Part shown: positions 9,008 to 18,110 of the stretch, piece by piece
Layout: every line of letters starts with the position of its first letter
Position numbering within the stretch: position 1 is the first letter of the stretch
Source of the DNA: Candidatus Colwellbacteria bacterium
GTDB lineage: Bacteria; Patescibacteriota; Minisyncoccia; UBA6257; Colwellbacteraceae
Length of the DNA: 64,000 bases
Direction of reading: 5' to 3'
NCBI GenBank assembly: GCA_016176505.1
Contig: JACOXB010000006.1
Span: 7,240 to 71,239, forward strand
The notes under the pieces: generated by a model
Databases searched by the model: none
Told to the model about the DNA's origin: nothing
The model's input: the letters and a program-made list of their open reading frames with translations, nothing else
Made by a program: the position numbers and the translations under genes

Positions 9008-9331
9008 ATGTTGACTAGGAGACAGGTAGCTGACATTAGATCCGGCATAGGGGGTATTACAACCGGCTTTCCCTTGGTATTCCAAGCGCTTGGGGATCCT
9101 GGTCGATTCAATATCTTCAGGTTGCTGATGGATCGCCATGATATATGCGTCACGGATATCGCCAATGTATTCGGTATTACGGTGTCTGCCGCTTCCCAGC
9201 AGTTGCGCGTGCTTGAGCGTCTTGGTCTCGTCGTCAAGATAAGGATGGGGCAGATGGTATGTTACGAGATCAACCATGAGAACGCTATCGCCAAACGATT
9301 GCTCAAGTTTATTAAAGAGTCGAACAAATAA
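9008..9331 (+). CDS. ArsR-family transcriptional regulator
   Basis: Winged-HTH ICVTDIANVFGITVSAASQQLRVLERLGLV. Confidence 0.65.
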   Translation: MLTRRQVADIRSGIGGITTGFPLVFQALGDPGRFNIFRLLMDRHDICVTDIANVFGITVSAASQQLRVLERLGLVVKIRMGQMVCYEINHENAIAKRLLKFIKESNK

Positions 9332-9349
9332 ATTTATTACTAGTAAACT

Positions 9350-9586
9350 GTGCCTAAAGTTACCATTTACACCACGCCGACCTGCGTCTATTGCAGAATG
9401 ACGAAAGCCTTCTTTAAGGAACATAACGTTGCTTATGAGGAGAGAGATGTTTTAACCGACATGACAGCTCGCGACGAGATGATTAGTAAATCCCACCAGA
9501 TGGGCGTGCCGGTCATCGATGTTGACGGCCAGATTATCGTTGGCTTCGACGAAAAGAGCCTGTCGGAACTATTACAAATAAAATAA
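9350..9586 (+). CDS. Glutaredoxin-like (NrdH-type) protein
   Basis: CVYC active site and ~78 aa thioredoxin fold. Confidence 0.7.
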   Translation: MPKVTIYTTPTCVYCRMTKAFFKEHNVAYEERDVLTDMTARDEMISKSHQMGVPVIDVDGQIIVGFDEKSLSELLQIK

Positions 9587-9623
9587 ATTTCCGAAAATCG
9601 AATAACATTTATGCAGTTTTCTT

Positions 9624-10631
9624 ATGCAGCCCTCAAAGACAATTACCATTGCCAGTATCGCTATTCTCGTAACTCTTACGCTAGTGGTTTTAGCAGCTAC
9701 GGCATTTAGAAACAGTTTTTCCCCACCTCAAGACGGAGAAACTAAAAAGGAAACTGCGAGAGAAATTATGGTAACGGATGGCCTCAAACACAGTGTTCCA
9801 TTAGATGAGATTATCGGCGGCGGCCCGCCGAAAGATGGCATTCCATCCATCGACAATCCGAAGTTTGTTTCAATCGCAGAAACGAGCGGATTTTTAAAGG
9901 ATGACGATCCAGGCATTGCTTTAGACCTTGACGGCACCGCCCGATTTTACCCCTTCCAAATCCTAGTTTGGCATGAAATTGTGAACGATACCGTGAACGG
10001 CGAGCGCGTTCTCGTGACGTACTGCCCTCTTTGCCTTTCCGGAATCGTATTTGATCCCGTTGTTAAGGACGAGCGCGTAGAATTCGGCACCTCGGGCAAA
10101 CTTTGGAACTCGAACTTGGTGATGTATGACCGTAAAACCGATTCGCTCTGGCCCCAGATTTTAGGTGAAGCGGTTGTGGGCGAAATGACCGGCAGCCAAT
10201 TAAAAGTTCTTCCCTCCGACATGATTCGATTTGGAGAATTTAAAGAACAGTATCCTCAAGGGACTGTGCTCTCCCGTGATACGGGGGCAGTGCGTTTCTA
10301 CGGCCAAGATCCATACGGGGATTATTACACCACCCCGGGCACATACTTCCCGGTCAGTAAAAAAGATGATCGCTTGAGCGATAAGGATTTCGTGCTTGGC
10401 ATTGTGATCAATGAAAAGGCGAAGGCCTATTGGCCAGAGGCGGTAAAGAAAGTTGGCGAGATAACCGACCAATTTGAAGGGAAGACCATTGTGGCCCGGT
10501 ATGAAAAAGAAATTGATGCGGTGCGGCTTTTTGAGAAAAAGGCCGATGGCACTCTCGAGCGCATCAACCCGTTCGGCGCATTTTGGTTTTCGTGGGTAGC
10601 GGCCCATCCCGACACAGAACTGTATAAATAA
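9624..10631 (+). CDS. DUF3179-like exported protein
   Basis: N-terminal TM/signal anchor and YCPLC motif. Family assignment is from memory and tentative. Confidence 0.45.
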   Translation: MQPSKTITIASIAILVTLTLVVLAATAFRNSFSPPQDGETKKETAREIMVTDGLKHSVPLDEIIGGGPPKDGIPSIDNPKFVSIAETSGFLKDDDPGIALDLDGTARFYPFQILVWHEIVNDTVNGERVLVTYCPLCLSGIVFDPVVKDERVEFGTSGKLWNSNLVMYDRKTDSLWPQILGEAVVGEMTGSQLKVLPSDMIRFGEFKEQYPQGTVLSRDTGAVRFYGQDPYGDYYTTPGTYFPVSKKDDRLSDKDFVLGIVINEKAKAYWPEAVKKVGEITDQFEGKTIVARYEKEIDAVRLFEKKADGTLERINPFGAFWFSWVAAHPDTELYK

Positions 10632-10639
10632 AATTAGCT

Positions 10640-11161
10640 ATGAAGAAATTTTTAATTCTGGCGGGTATTATCATCGTAATTGCTATTAGTTGGCTTATTA
10701 TTTCAAAAATAAATTCCTCGCCCCAAGAGGAAGTTTCAGCGCCAGTTGCTTCGGCCGAAGTGCCGGATTTCGTGCTTCAAGACTATAGCGGCCAGACAGT
10801 CACTCGGGCTGATTTTTCAGGCAGGCCAATGGTCATTAATTCCTGGGCGGCTTGGTGTCCGTTTTGCCGGGAAGAACTGTCTGATTTTGCCGCGGCTCAA
10901 AAAGAATTTAGCGACCAGGTTGTTATTATCGCTATTAACCGCGCCGAATCACTCGAAACTACTAAAGGATATACTGACGAACAGGGGATTAGCGACAAGC
11001 TTATTTTTCTGCTTGATCCGACCGATTCGTTTTACCAGTCGATCGGCGGTTTCTCTATGCCCGAAACAATTTTTGTAGACAAAAACGGTAATATTGTTGA
11101 CCATAAACGAGGTCCGATGGAGCTCGACGAAATCCGCTCAAGAATTAAAAAGATTTTGTAA
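10640..11161 (+). CDS. TlpA/ResA-like thiol-disulfide oxidoreductase
   Basis: WAAWCPFC CxxC motif with an N-terminal anchor. Confidence 0.7.
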   Translation: MKKFLILAGIIIVIAISWLIISKINSSPQEEVSAPVASAEVPDFVLQDYSGQTVTRADFSGRPMVINSWAAWCPFCREELSDFAAAQKEFSDQVVIIAINRAESLETTKGYTDEQGISDKLIFLLDPTDSFYQSIGGFSMPETIFVDKNGNIVDHKRGPMELDEIRSRIKKIL

Positions 11162-11163
11162 TT

Positions 11164-11919
11164 ATGGAAGCTTCGCTTATTATCCCCGCTTTCATAGCCG
11201 GCATTCTCACCCTGCTTGCGCCTTGCACCCTTCCTTTGGTGCCAGGCTATCTGGGATTTATTAGCGGCGTTTCTGCAAGCGATCTCCAAAATCCGAGCAA
11301 ATCAAAAATGGCTCGCGGGAAAATATTTTTGAACGGCGTTCTTTACGTAATTGGCTTCAGTCTGGTTTTTATAATCCTCGGTAGCCTCTTTGGGCTTACC
11401 GGAGTGGCGCTCGCTAAATACCGGATTTGGCTTTCCCGAATCGGCGGTATTTTTGTGATATTCTTCGGACTGTTCATGATGGGAATTTTGAAACTGCCAT
11501 TTTTAAACGTTGAAAAACGCATCGGGAACATAAAGATCTTAAAGCCGGGCACCCCTGCCAGTTCTTTAGTTTTTGGAGCGACTTTTGCTTTCGGCTGGAC
11601 GCCGTGTGTGGGGCCTATCCTCGGCTCTATCCTCACCCTGGCCGCTTCGTCAGCCACAGTTGGTCAGGGCGCGTTTTTACTCGCCGTTTTTTCCGCCGGC
11701 CTCGCCGTTCCCTTTTTAGCTATTGCGGCAAGCGTCAGCTCCGCCTCTCGCTATCTTGCAAAAATAAGTAAGTATCTCAATGTTGTATCGATTATCGGCG
11801 GAGTATTTCTCGTTTTTCTCGGCATTCTACTTCTGACGAATAACTTTAACGCCTGGCTCGGCTACTTCTACCGCATTTTCGATTTTATAAACTACGACCG
11901 TTTATTGGATTATCTATAA
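11164..11919 (+). CDS. ccdA: Cytochrome c-type biogenesis / disulfide electron-transfer protein CcdA
   Basis: Six TM helices, conserved Cys in TM1 (LLAPCTLPLVPGY) and a second Cys (WTPCVGP). Confidence 0.7.
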   Translation: MEASLIIPAFIAGILTLLAPCTLPLVPGYLGFISGVSASDLQNPSKSKMARGKIFLNGVLYVIGFSLVFIILGSLFGLTGVALAKYRIWLSRIGGIFVIFFGLFMMGILKLPFLNVEKRIGNIKILKPGTPASSLVFGATFAFGWTPCVGPILGSILTLAASSATVGQGAFLLAVFSAGLAVPFLAIAASVSSASRYLAKISKYLNVVSIIGGVFLVFLGILLLTNNFNAWLGYFYRIFDFINYDRLLDYL

Positions 11920-11956
11920 AATAGAATGCTGCGTTCTTGGGGTTGGGGCGAGGCGC

Positions 11957-12796
11957 CTACTTCCCTTCGGGGGCTATAAGATAATTCTCTGATAGGATTT
12001 CGATCTGCGTCTGAAGCACAATCTTAAGGGCCTCATCTAACTGACTGTCCTTTTTGATTTTCTCAGTCGCGTCGGCGAGTTGATCTATTGCCCCTAACGC
12101 AGTTTCTTTAGTTAAAACAGGCGATTCTATAAGCGTCTGAGTTTCGACCACTTCTTCGCTTAGCGTTTGGATGACCCTATCAGGAGATTCGCTAGAGACA
12201 TAATCTTCTATCTCTCGGCTAAGCTCAGCATCAATCAGATCACCGAGTTCTTCAATAACATCAGCCTTAATATCGGTGTTTTCCAAAATCTCTCCTTCTG
12301 CATCGAGTAGCGCTGATGTTTTAACTAAATGATTCAAACGTCCTCGCCTCGCGATTTTATCATCGGGCACACTCAGTATTTCGTGAACGTGTTCTTCTAA
12401 ATTCTCTGTTATCTCGGCAGCCTGATCCGCGGATTCGAGTTCATCATCGGTCGCCATTTGGGTCTCTCTAAGACGTTCCTCGAGACGTTCGGCGTGATAA
12501 GCGGTATTAGCTTCGGGCGAAAAGCGCATGGCTTCTTCTACCTCTTCAATGATATAAATCTCGAGCCCGTGAAGCAGATCGCCGGGGATACTCTGTTGCG
12601 CGGCATAGGTAAACGGAACTAAAACGATGAATAGACCCGCAGCTGTCGCGAGGCCGATCTTTAGAATAAATAAAGGAAGGCGTCTTTCTTGCGGTAAGGG
12701 GTTTCGTAAGACGAATTCCCGGATTGCATTTCTTTCAGAATCCAGTAAACGCACTCCCGAACCCTCTTTATGAAATCGCTTAAGCATCCTGTTCAT
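11957..12796 (-). CDS. Putative anti-sigma factor (single-pass membrane protein with acidic coiled-coil C-terminus)
   Basis: Start overlaps the stop of the ECF sigma gene. One TM helix. Role inferred from position. Confidence 0.4.
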   Translation of the reverse strand: MNRMLKRFHKEGSGVRLLDSERNAIREFVLRNPLPQERRLPLFILKIGLATAAGLFIVLVPFTYAAQQSIPGDLLHGLEIYIIEEVEEAMRFSPEANTAYHAERLEERLRETQMATDDELESADQAAEITENLEEHVHEILSVPDDKIARRGRLNHLVKTSALLDAEGEILENTDIKADVIEELGDLIDAELSREIEDYVSSESPDRVIQTLSEEVVETQTLIESPVLTKETALGAIDQLADATEKIKKDSQLDEALKIVLQTQIEILSENYLIAPEGK

Positions 12797-13292
12797 AGAT
12801 TTTCCTAAGTTGTTTTAAGCCACGACTAATTCGTGCCGATATATTATTTTCGCTCGTGCCGAGGATTTGGGCAATTTCTTTAACTTTCATCTCTTCAATG
12901 TACCGCATCACCAAAACTTCTCGATAACGTTCGCTTATTCCCTTGAGCCGCTGCACGACTTGCTCTTGTGGGGCGATCATCATAATTTCCGCATCTTCAT
13001 ATCGAACCTCAAACCCGACTTTAAGCATCTCATCAAGAGAAACCTCCCTCTTATTCGTTCGAATTTCATTTACGAACGCGTTAGCCGCGCTGCGGTAAAG
13101 AAAGGCTTTGGAATTTTCAATCTTCTTGCCGGCCAAGAGGTATTGCCAATAACGGGTAAAAACTTCTTGGACAAGCTCTAGGGCTCGTTCGCGATTTTGA
13201 AGACGGTAATAAAGGTACCGGAAAATAGCATCGGCATACTTTTTATATACCGATTCGAATTCGCGCCTATGGGATCGCATTAATATAGACAC
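12780..13292 (-). CDS. ECF-type RNA polymerase sigma-70 factor
   Basis: Region 2 (YLYYRL ... ELVQEVF) and region 4 HTH (KEIAQILGTSENNISARISRGLKQLR). Confidence 0.8.
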   Translation of the reverse strand: MSILMRSHRREFESVYKKYADAIFRYLYYRLQNRERALELVQEVFTRYWQYLLAGKKIENSKAFLYRSAANAFVNEIRTNKREVSLDEMLKVGFEVRYEDAEIMMIAPQEQVVQRLKGISERYREVLVMRYIEEMKVKEIAQILGTSENNISARISRGLKQLRKIYEQDA

Positions 13293-13506
13293 ATTAAGTA
13301 GGGTAAGTATGACGATTCCCTAATCGGACTCCTTAAAAATAGAACGTTGTGTCAGGTTTTTCGTTTCGAATGTGTCTCAAATAGCAGTGGGGAATCCCAC
13401 TAATCAAGCGACGCGTAATACCTTGATTGTCAACCTCACTGACACCATAGGGGTGTTACGCGTGTGGCAATACATTTAAAGGTCGATAAATAAATCATTA
13501 AAAATA

Positions 13507-15519
13507 ATGACTACAGTTACACGAAAAATAGTTACTGTTTCTGTTTCCGCAGCGACCATAGTATGGCTCTCTGGTGCAGCTATGCTTGCCCCAGTAGCCG
13601 TAGCCCAGACCTCAGCCGAGGTCCAGGCCCAGATTGACGCCTTACTCGCCCAAATTGTAGCCCTTCAGGCCCAATTAGCAGCAAGAGTCGGGGGCGATGC
13701 TTGTTATCCCTACGCCCGTGACCTCACTCTCGGGGTAAGGGGAGATGATGTCTCGGCCGTCCAGACTTACTTAGTTGCCCAAAATAAAGGCGCAAGAGCG
13801 CAGGCTTTAGCTAGCGTTTTCGCTAGCGGCACTGCTAAGGGTTACTTCGGCCCATTGACTCAAGCGGCACTCGCTGAGTATCAAGCCTCGGTTGGTATCT
13901 CGCCTGCCGCTGGTTACTTTGGTCCGATTACTCGAGCCCATCTCCAGGCTGCCTGTGTTTCTCAGCCTCCAGCCGAAGAAGAAGAGAAAAAGGATGGCGA
14001 GCTTAAAGGCGGTGCTGGTGCAGTTGACCAGTACGACTTAGTTTCTGGTCTTCAGAACGAGGAAGTTGGTGAAGATGAAGAGGATGTAGAAGTAGCTGGT
14101 CTTGAGATTGAAGTTTCCGACAGTTCTGACCTCGAGTTCACTGCTGTTACCCTCGACTTTGACCAGAACAATGCTGACAACGATGACTTTGATGAGTACG
14201 CCGATGAAGTCTCTGTCTGGCTTGATGGCGAGGAGGTCGGCCGCGTCGATGCCAGTCGTTTCGATGAGGATACTGGCTGGCGACGGACTATCACTCTTGA
14301 TAGAGGCGCCATTATTCGCGCTGGTGACACTGGCGAACTCATAGTGGCTATAAGCGGTGTTAGGAATCTCGACAGTAATGACGAGGGCGAAACTTGGGAT
14401 GTCGACTTCGATTTGGTTCGCTACCGTGACGCTACTGGTGCTTCTACCTCAGAAGACCCAGGCACGGCTGTCCGGACCTTCTCGTTCGAAACCTTTGCCA
14501 CTGCGTCTGATCTTGAGCTTCGGGTAAGACTGAATGAGGATGACGAGGACATTAACGACGCCCACGTCATCGACATCGATGATGCTAATGACACGGATGA
14601 TGTTGAATTCCTTTCCTTCACCATGGAAGCGAGAGGGAGGTCCGACATTACCATTGATGAAATTCCGGTTGTGATTACAACTACCGAAGCCGCTGGAGCG
14701 AACTTCGATGACCCTGATGACGTTATCACCAGTGTTTCACTTTGGAGAAACGGCAGGAGGGTTGCCACCGAAAATTTGAGCGCGGCTGACGCCAACGATG
14801 ACACCGAGACCGTTACCTTTGACGACCTCGATCTCGAACTTGATGCCGGCGATATCGACGAGTTTATGGTCAAGCTTGACCTTGTCTCGACTGGTGACGC
14901 GCTTGATAACGGCGATACTATTCAGGTTCAAATGACAGCGGTTGAAGTCGACGCCATTGATGCCGAAGACGAGTCTGGCGAAGAGCTGGTTGCGGCCGAC
15001 CTAACCGGCACGGCCTTAGCTGATGCCCACGTTGTGTATGACGCGGGTATTATAGTTGAGTTCGTGAGCGCCACTGCCACTCGATCGTTTACGGCAGATG
15101 AGGCGGGCGAGTCTGACACTGGGGAGTACAAGATTACCTTTAGGGTGACGGCCTTCGATGGCGACATGAGGATTGACCGTACCTGCGAGGACGACAACGG
15201 CGCTGATGCTGACGGTCAGGGCACTGTCTTTGACTTCACGGTAAGCGCTGGTGATGAGGTGGGTTGGACCGTTGGCTGTCTCTTGAGTTCCAGCTCTGCT
15301 GACAGCGAAGATACGGCTAACACCTTTGAGGTTGATGAAAATAAGACTCGTACCTTCACTCTCACGGTTAATGTCACTCCCGATGAAGACAGCTTCGTCG
15401 AGGTGGCAATTGAGTCCATCAACTGGGGTACTAACCAGGACAACACGAACGCTGAGGACTACACCTTCAGTTTGGATGAATTCAAGACCGACTCGATCTT
15501 CTTGAACGATATCCCGTAG
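13507..15519 (+). CDS. Secreted protein with a peptidoglycan-binding-like domain and a long Asp/Glu-rich region
   Basis: Signal peptide. PG_binding_1-like segment (DVSAVQTYL ... GYFGPLTQAALAEYQ). The remainder is highly acidic. GC is about 55%, higher than neighbours. Confidence 0.55.
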   Translation: MTTVTRKIVTVSVSAATIVWLSGAAMLAPVAVAQTSAEVQAQIDALLAQIVALQAQLAARVGGDACYPYARDLTLGVRGDDVSAVQTYLVAQNKGARAQALASVFASGTAKGYFGPLTQAALAEYQASVGISPAAGYFGPITRAHLQAACVSQPPAEEEEKKDGELKGGAGAVDQYDLVSGLQNEEVGEDEEDVEVAGLEIEVSDSSDLEFTAVTLDFDQNNADNDDFDEYADEVSVWLDGEEVGRVDASRFDEDTGWRRTITLDRGAIIRAGDTGELIVAISGVRNLDSNDEGETWDVDFDLVRYRDATGASTSEDPGTAVRTFSFETFATASDLELRVRLNEDDEDINDAHVIDIDDANDTDDVEFLSFTMEARGRSDITIDEIPVVITTTEAAGANFDDPDDVITSVSLWRNGRRVATENLSAADANDDTETVTFDDLDLELDAGDIDEFMVKLDLVSTGDALDNGDTIQVQMTAVEVDAIDAEDESGEELVAADLTGTALADAHVVYDAGIIVEFVSATATRSFTADEAGESDTGEYKITFRVTAFDGDMRIDRTCEDDNGADADGQGTVFDFTVSAGDEVGWTVGCLLSSSSADSEDTANTFEVDENKTRTFTLTVNVTPDEDSFVEVAIESINWGTNQDNTNAEDYTFSLDEFKTDSIFLNDIP

Positions 15520-15550
15520 GTTGAGTAGCGTAGTTTACGCGAGTAGTGTT

Positions 15551-15594
15551 AAAACCAAAACCGGTCCGACTACAGTCGGACCGGTTTTGGTTTT
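15551..15594. terminator. Long perfect hairpin (bidirectional terminator) after the 670-aa gene
   Basis: aaaaccaaaaccggtccgac taca gtcggaccggttttggtttt. Confidence 0.6.
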
Positions 15595-15713
15595 AGTCGC
15601 CCAGTCGGCCGTCTCGGGAAAACTCCCGTTTTCCCGACCCCTTTCCCGTTCGAATCTTAGCCCGTCATCATAAAACAAAAATCCCTCGCCACAAGGCGGG
15701 GACTTTTGTTTTG

Positions 15714-15784
15714 CTGCCGGGCAGGGATTCGAACCCCGATACTCAGGTCCAAAACCTGATGTCCTACCATTAGACGACCCGGCA
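15714..15784 (-). tRNA. tRNA-Gln (anticodon TTG)
   Basis: Minus-strand cloverleaf. Acceptor TGCCGGG/CCCGGCA, anticodon stem TCAGG/CCTGA with loop TTTTGGA, T-arm GGGGTTCGAATCCCT. No CCA encoded. Confidence 0.8.
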
Positions 15785-15809
15785 ATCATGGATTATCATA
15801 TTAAAACCG

Positions 15810-16271
15810 ATGGCGAAAAACAAATTGTTCGTTGGTTTGATGGTCGGAGTGGTTGCCTTGAGTCTCTTGGGTCTCACCGGTCTTTTTAATGTGCCTTTCG
15901 GCGGCTCTGACAATTCATCCGAAGATAACAGCGGCCCCAAAAGCGTTCCTTGTCTTACAAGTGAGGCTTTCCACATTCATCCCGAACTAACCGTTTTAGT
16001 TAACGGCCAAAAAGAGGCTGTTCCGGCGAATATCGGCATTGTGCCTGGTTGCACTCGCGAGCTTCACACCCACGCTACTGACGGGGTGATTCACGTCGAG
16101 TCAGCGGTTGACCGGGGTTATGTTTTTACTAACTTTCTCGCGGTCTGGGGTAAATCGCTCGAGCGAGGAGGCTATGACTTAAAAATAACTGTTGATGGCG
16201 CCGAAACAACCGATCCGAATTTTATCTTAAAAGACGGTCAAGAAATTATTCTCGAATATACTAGTTTATAA
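15810..16271 (+). CDS. Secreted hypothetical protein
   Basis: Signal peptide; coherent 153-aa ORF. Confidence 0.45.
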   Translation: MAKNKLFVGLMVGVVALSLLGLTGLFNVPFGGSDNSSEDNSGPKSVPCLTSEAFHIHPELTVLVNGQKEAVPANIGIVPGCTRELHTHATDGVIHVESAVDRGYVFTNFLAVWGKSLERGGYDLKITVDGAETTDPNFILKDGQEIILEYTSL

Positions 16272-16277
16272 ACTATC

Positions 16278-16319
16278 ACAGAATATTATAACATTCTACA
16301 GAATGTTATAATATTCTGT
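16278..16319. repeat. AT-rich 42-bp palindrome, family P, copy 1
   Basis: acagaatattataacattct a cagaatgttataatattctgt; related copies at 22870, 39032, 57078. Confidence 0.65.
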
Positions 16320-16339
16320 ACCAAGGCTTAAAAGTAATA

Positions 16340-16403
16340 AAAAAGACCCGCGTTGCGAATCTTACGGAGAGAGCGGTCCGATTCAAATCGGACCGCTCTC
16401 TCC
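16340..16403 (-). terminator. Hairpin terminator downstream of the minus-strand zinc-ribbon gene
   Basis: ggagagagcggtccgat tcaa atcggaccgctctctcc is a 17-bp perfect stem; a T-tract follows on the minus strand about 20 nt later. Confidence 0.45.
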
Positions 16404-16409
16404 TTCCGT

Positions 16410-16871
16410 TCAGTCCCGGTCCCAGCCGTTCGCGACCAGCGTGACCGTTCCCTCCCCAGGAAGGTACGCATCACGTGGGAGATAGTCGTCAGTGCCGGGG
16501 ATCCTAACGGTCTGCAGGCCCATCTGTTGGACCGCCGCCTCGATCTGCTCCGGCCGAACTCGCCGTCGGGCTTCTTGGATCACCTCGTCGAGGAACTCCT
16601 TCGGCACCCGCGAGAGCACGCCGCACTGGGGGCAGTAGAGTCCTGGATCGAACCCGACTGATCCCTGAACGATGTATCTGAGGTTCGTGCCCCCCCGGGG
16701 CGAGAGCTCAGTCCCCATTTCGTGCTCGAACTGCGCGTGGCAGACTGGGCAACTCATCTGCGTTCTGCAGACGAGTTGCGGCCTGGCGTTGAGCGGTCCG
16801 CCGGAACCTCTGGCCTCGATCGAAAACTTCAGAACATTCATCCGTTTCACCTCCCTCCGTTCACTATTCAC
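16410..16871 (-). CDS. GC-rich hypothetical protein with two CxxC pairs (zinc ribbon)
   Basis: CPVC ... CPQC. GC is about 60%. The start codon is uncertain. Confidence 0.4.
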   Translation of the reverse strand: MNSERREVKRMNVLKFSIEARGSGGPLNARPQLVCRTQMSCPVCHAQFEHEMGTELSPRGGTNLRYIVQGSVGFDPGLYCPQCGVLSRVPKEFLDEVIQEARRRVRPEQIEAAVQQMGLQTVRIPGTDDYLPRDAYLPGEGTVTLVANGWDRD

Positions 16872-16943
16872 TTCTCGAAGACCTACGGCGAGGATATCGA
16901 GATTTTATATTTTTGTCAAGAGGCGGTGAAAAAGTTTTTAGAT

Positions 16944-18077
16944 TTAACTTTTGAGATTTTCTATTATCGCCACTTCAAGCGGTACTAAGGTAAAAGGCGA
17001 ATAACGCATTTCGCTGTAAGCCCTGATTAAGGATTTGATTAAGCTGATTATTTTGGCTTCGCTTTCAATTAGTTCGCCCCGTTCTTTAATTTCTTTAACT
17101 TCATCCGGTGTCAGTTCACGCTTGAAAACCTCTTCGAGTCCGGGGTCAAATTTTAAAGCCAGAATCCGACGGAGATAATGAATTAAATCCTTATTTAGCT
17201 GGACCAAGTTAAAGCCCGCCTCGTTGATCTCAGTTAAGTATTCGAGAGAGGCCTGAAGATCATTATCCAAAAGATATTTCGCTAAGGTTGCAGTCCTCAC
17301 TGAGCCAACCTTGCCCAAAATCTGCTCAACATTTTCCAAGCTCGTGCCGCCAGTACTGGCTTCGCCTAAAGACATCACCTGTTCAAGTAAGGCTTCGGCA
17401 TCCCGAAAACTGCCTTCGGAGGCCGTGGCCACGAGTTCTAACGCCGCGTTATCAATTTTTAATTTTTCCTCGATCGCAATCTGGTTCAGTTTCTGTAAAA
17501 TCAATTGAATCGGGATGCGGCGGAAATGGAATCTCTGGGTTCGGGAAATAATGGTCGGCGGCAGTTTGTCATACTCGGTGGTAGCCAGTACAAAAATCGC
17601 ATGGGCCGGTGGTTCTTCAAGCGTTTTTAAAAGCGCATCGGCTGCCTGTTTCGTCAGCTGATGAACCTCGTCAATGATAAAAACTTTGTATTGATAAGAA
17701 GTCGGCGAAAGGCGAATGCCTTCTCTTAAACTCCTGATTTCATCAATACCTCGGTTTGAGGCGGCATCAATTTCAACCACGTCCAAGGCTCGACCTTCAT
17801 CAATTTCAGTGCAAGGGCGGCATTTATTACAAGGTTCGCCTTTTTCGCGGAAAGCTTTATCTTTGGCCCGGGTTTCGCAATTGGCGATTTTGGCCATAAT
17901 CCGGGCGGCTGTGGTTTTGCCGGTTCCGCGCGGGCCGTAGAAAAGATAAGCATGACTGATTTTATCGGACTTGGCCGCATTCTTAAGAATACCCACCGCC
18001 AATTCCTGACCAATCAGGTCTTTTAAGAGTCGCGGCCGATATTTCCGATAGATTGCGAGCGCCATTTTTCCCTTCAA
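16944..18077 (-). CDS. dnaX: DNA polymerase III gamma/tau subunit (short form)
   Basis: Walker A GPRGTGKTT, zinc module CNKCRPC, SRC motif. Confidence 0.8.
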   Translation of the reverse strand: MKGKMALAIYRKYRPRLLKDLIGQELAVGILKNAAKSDKISHAYLFYGPRGTGKTTAARIMAKIANCETRAKDKAFREKGEPCNKCRPCTEIDEGRALDVVEIDAASNRGIDEIRSLREGIRLSPTSYQYKVFIIDEVHQLTKQAADALLKTLEEPPAHAIFVLATTEYDKLPPTIISRTQRFHFRRIPIQLILQKLNQIAIEEKLKIDNAALELVATASEGSFRDAEALLEQVMSLGEASTGGTSLENVEQILGKVGSVRTATLAKYLLDNDLQASLEYLTEINEAGFNLVQLNKDLIHYLRRILALKFDPGLEEVFKRELTPDEVKEIKERGELIESEAKIISLIKSLIRAYSEMRYSPFTLVPLEVAIIENLKS

Positions 18078-18110
18078 TTATAGGGGAGTTTGGCTTAAAA
18101 TGAGAAATAA

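Noticed and set aside
8993-9424. 143-aa minus-strand ORF
   Set aside because: Antisense to the well-supported ArsR and glutaredoxin genes; no recognisable features.
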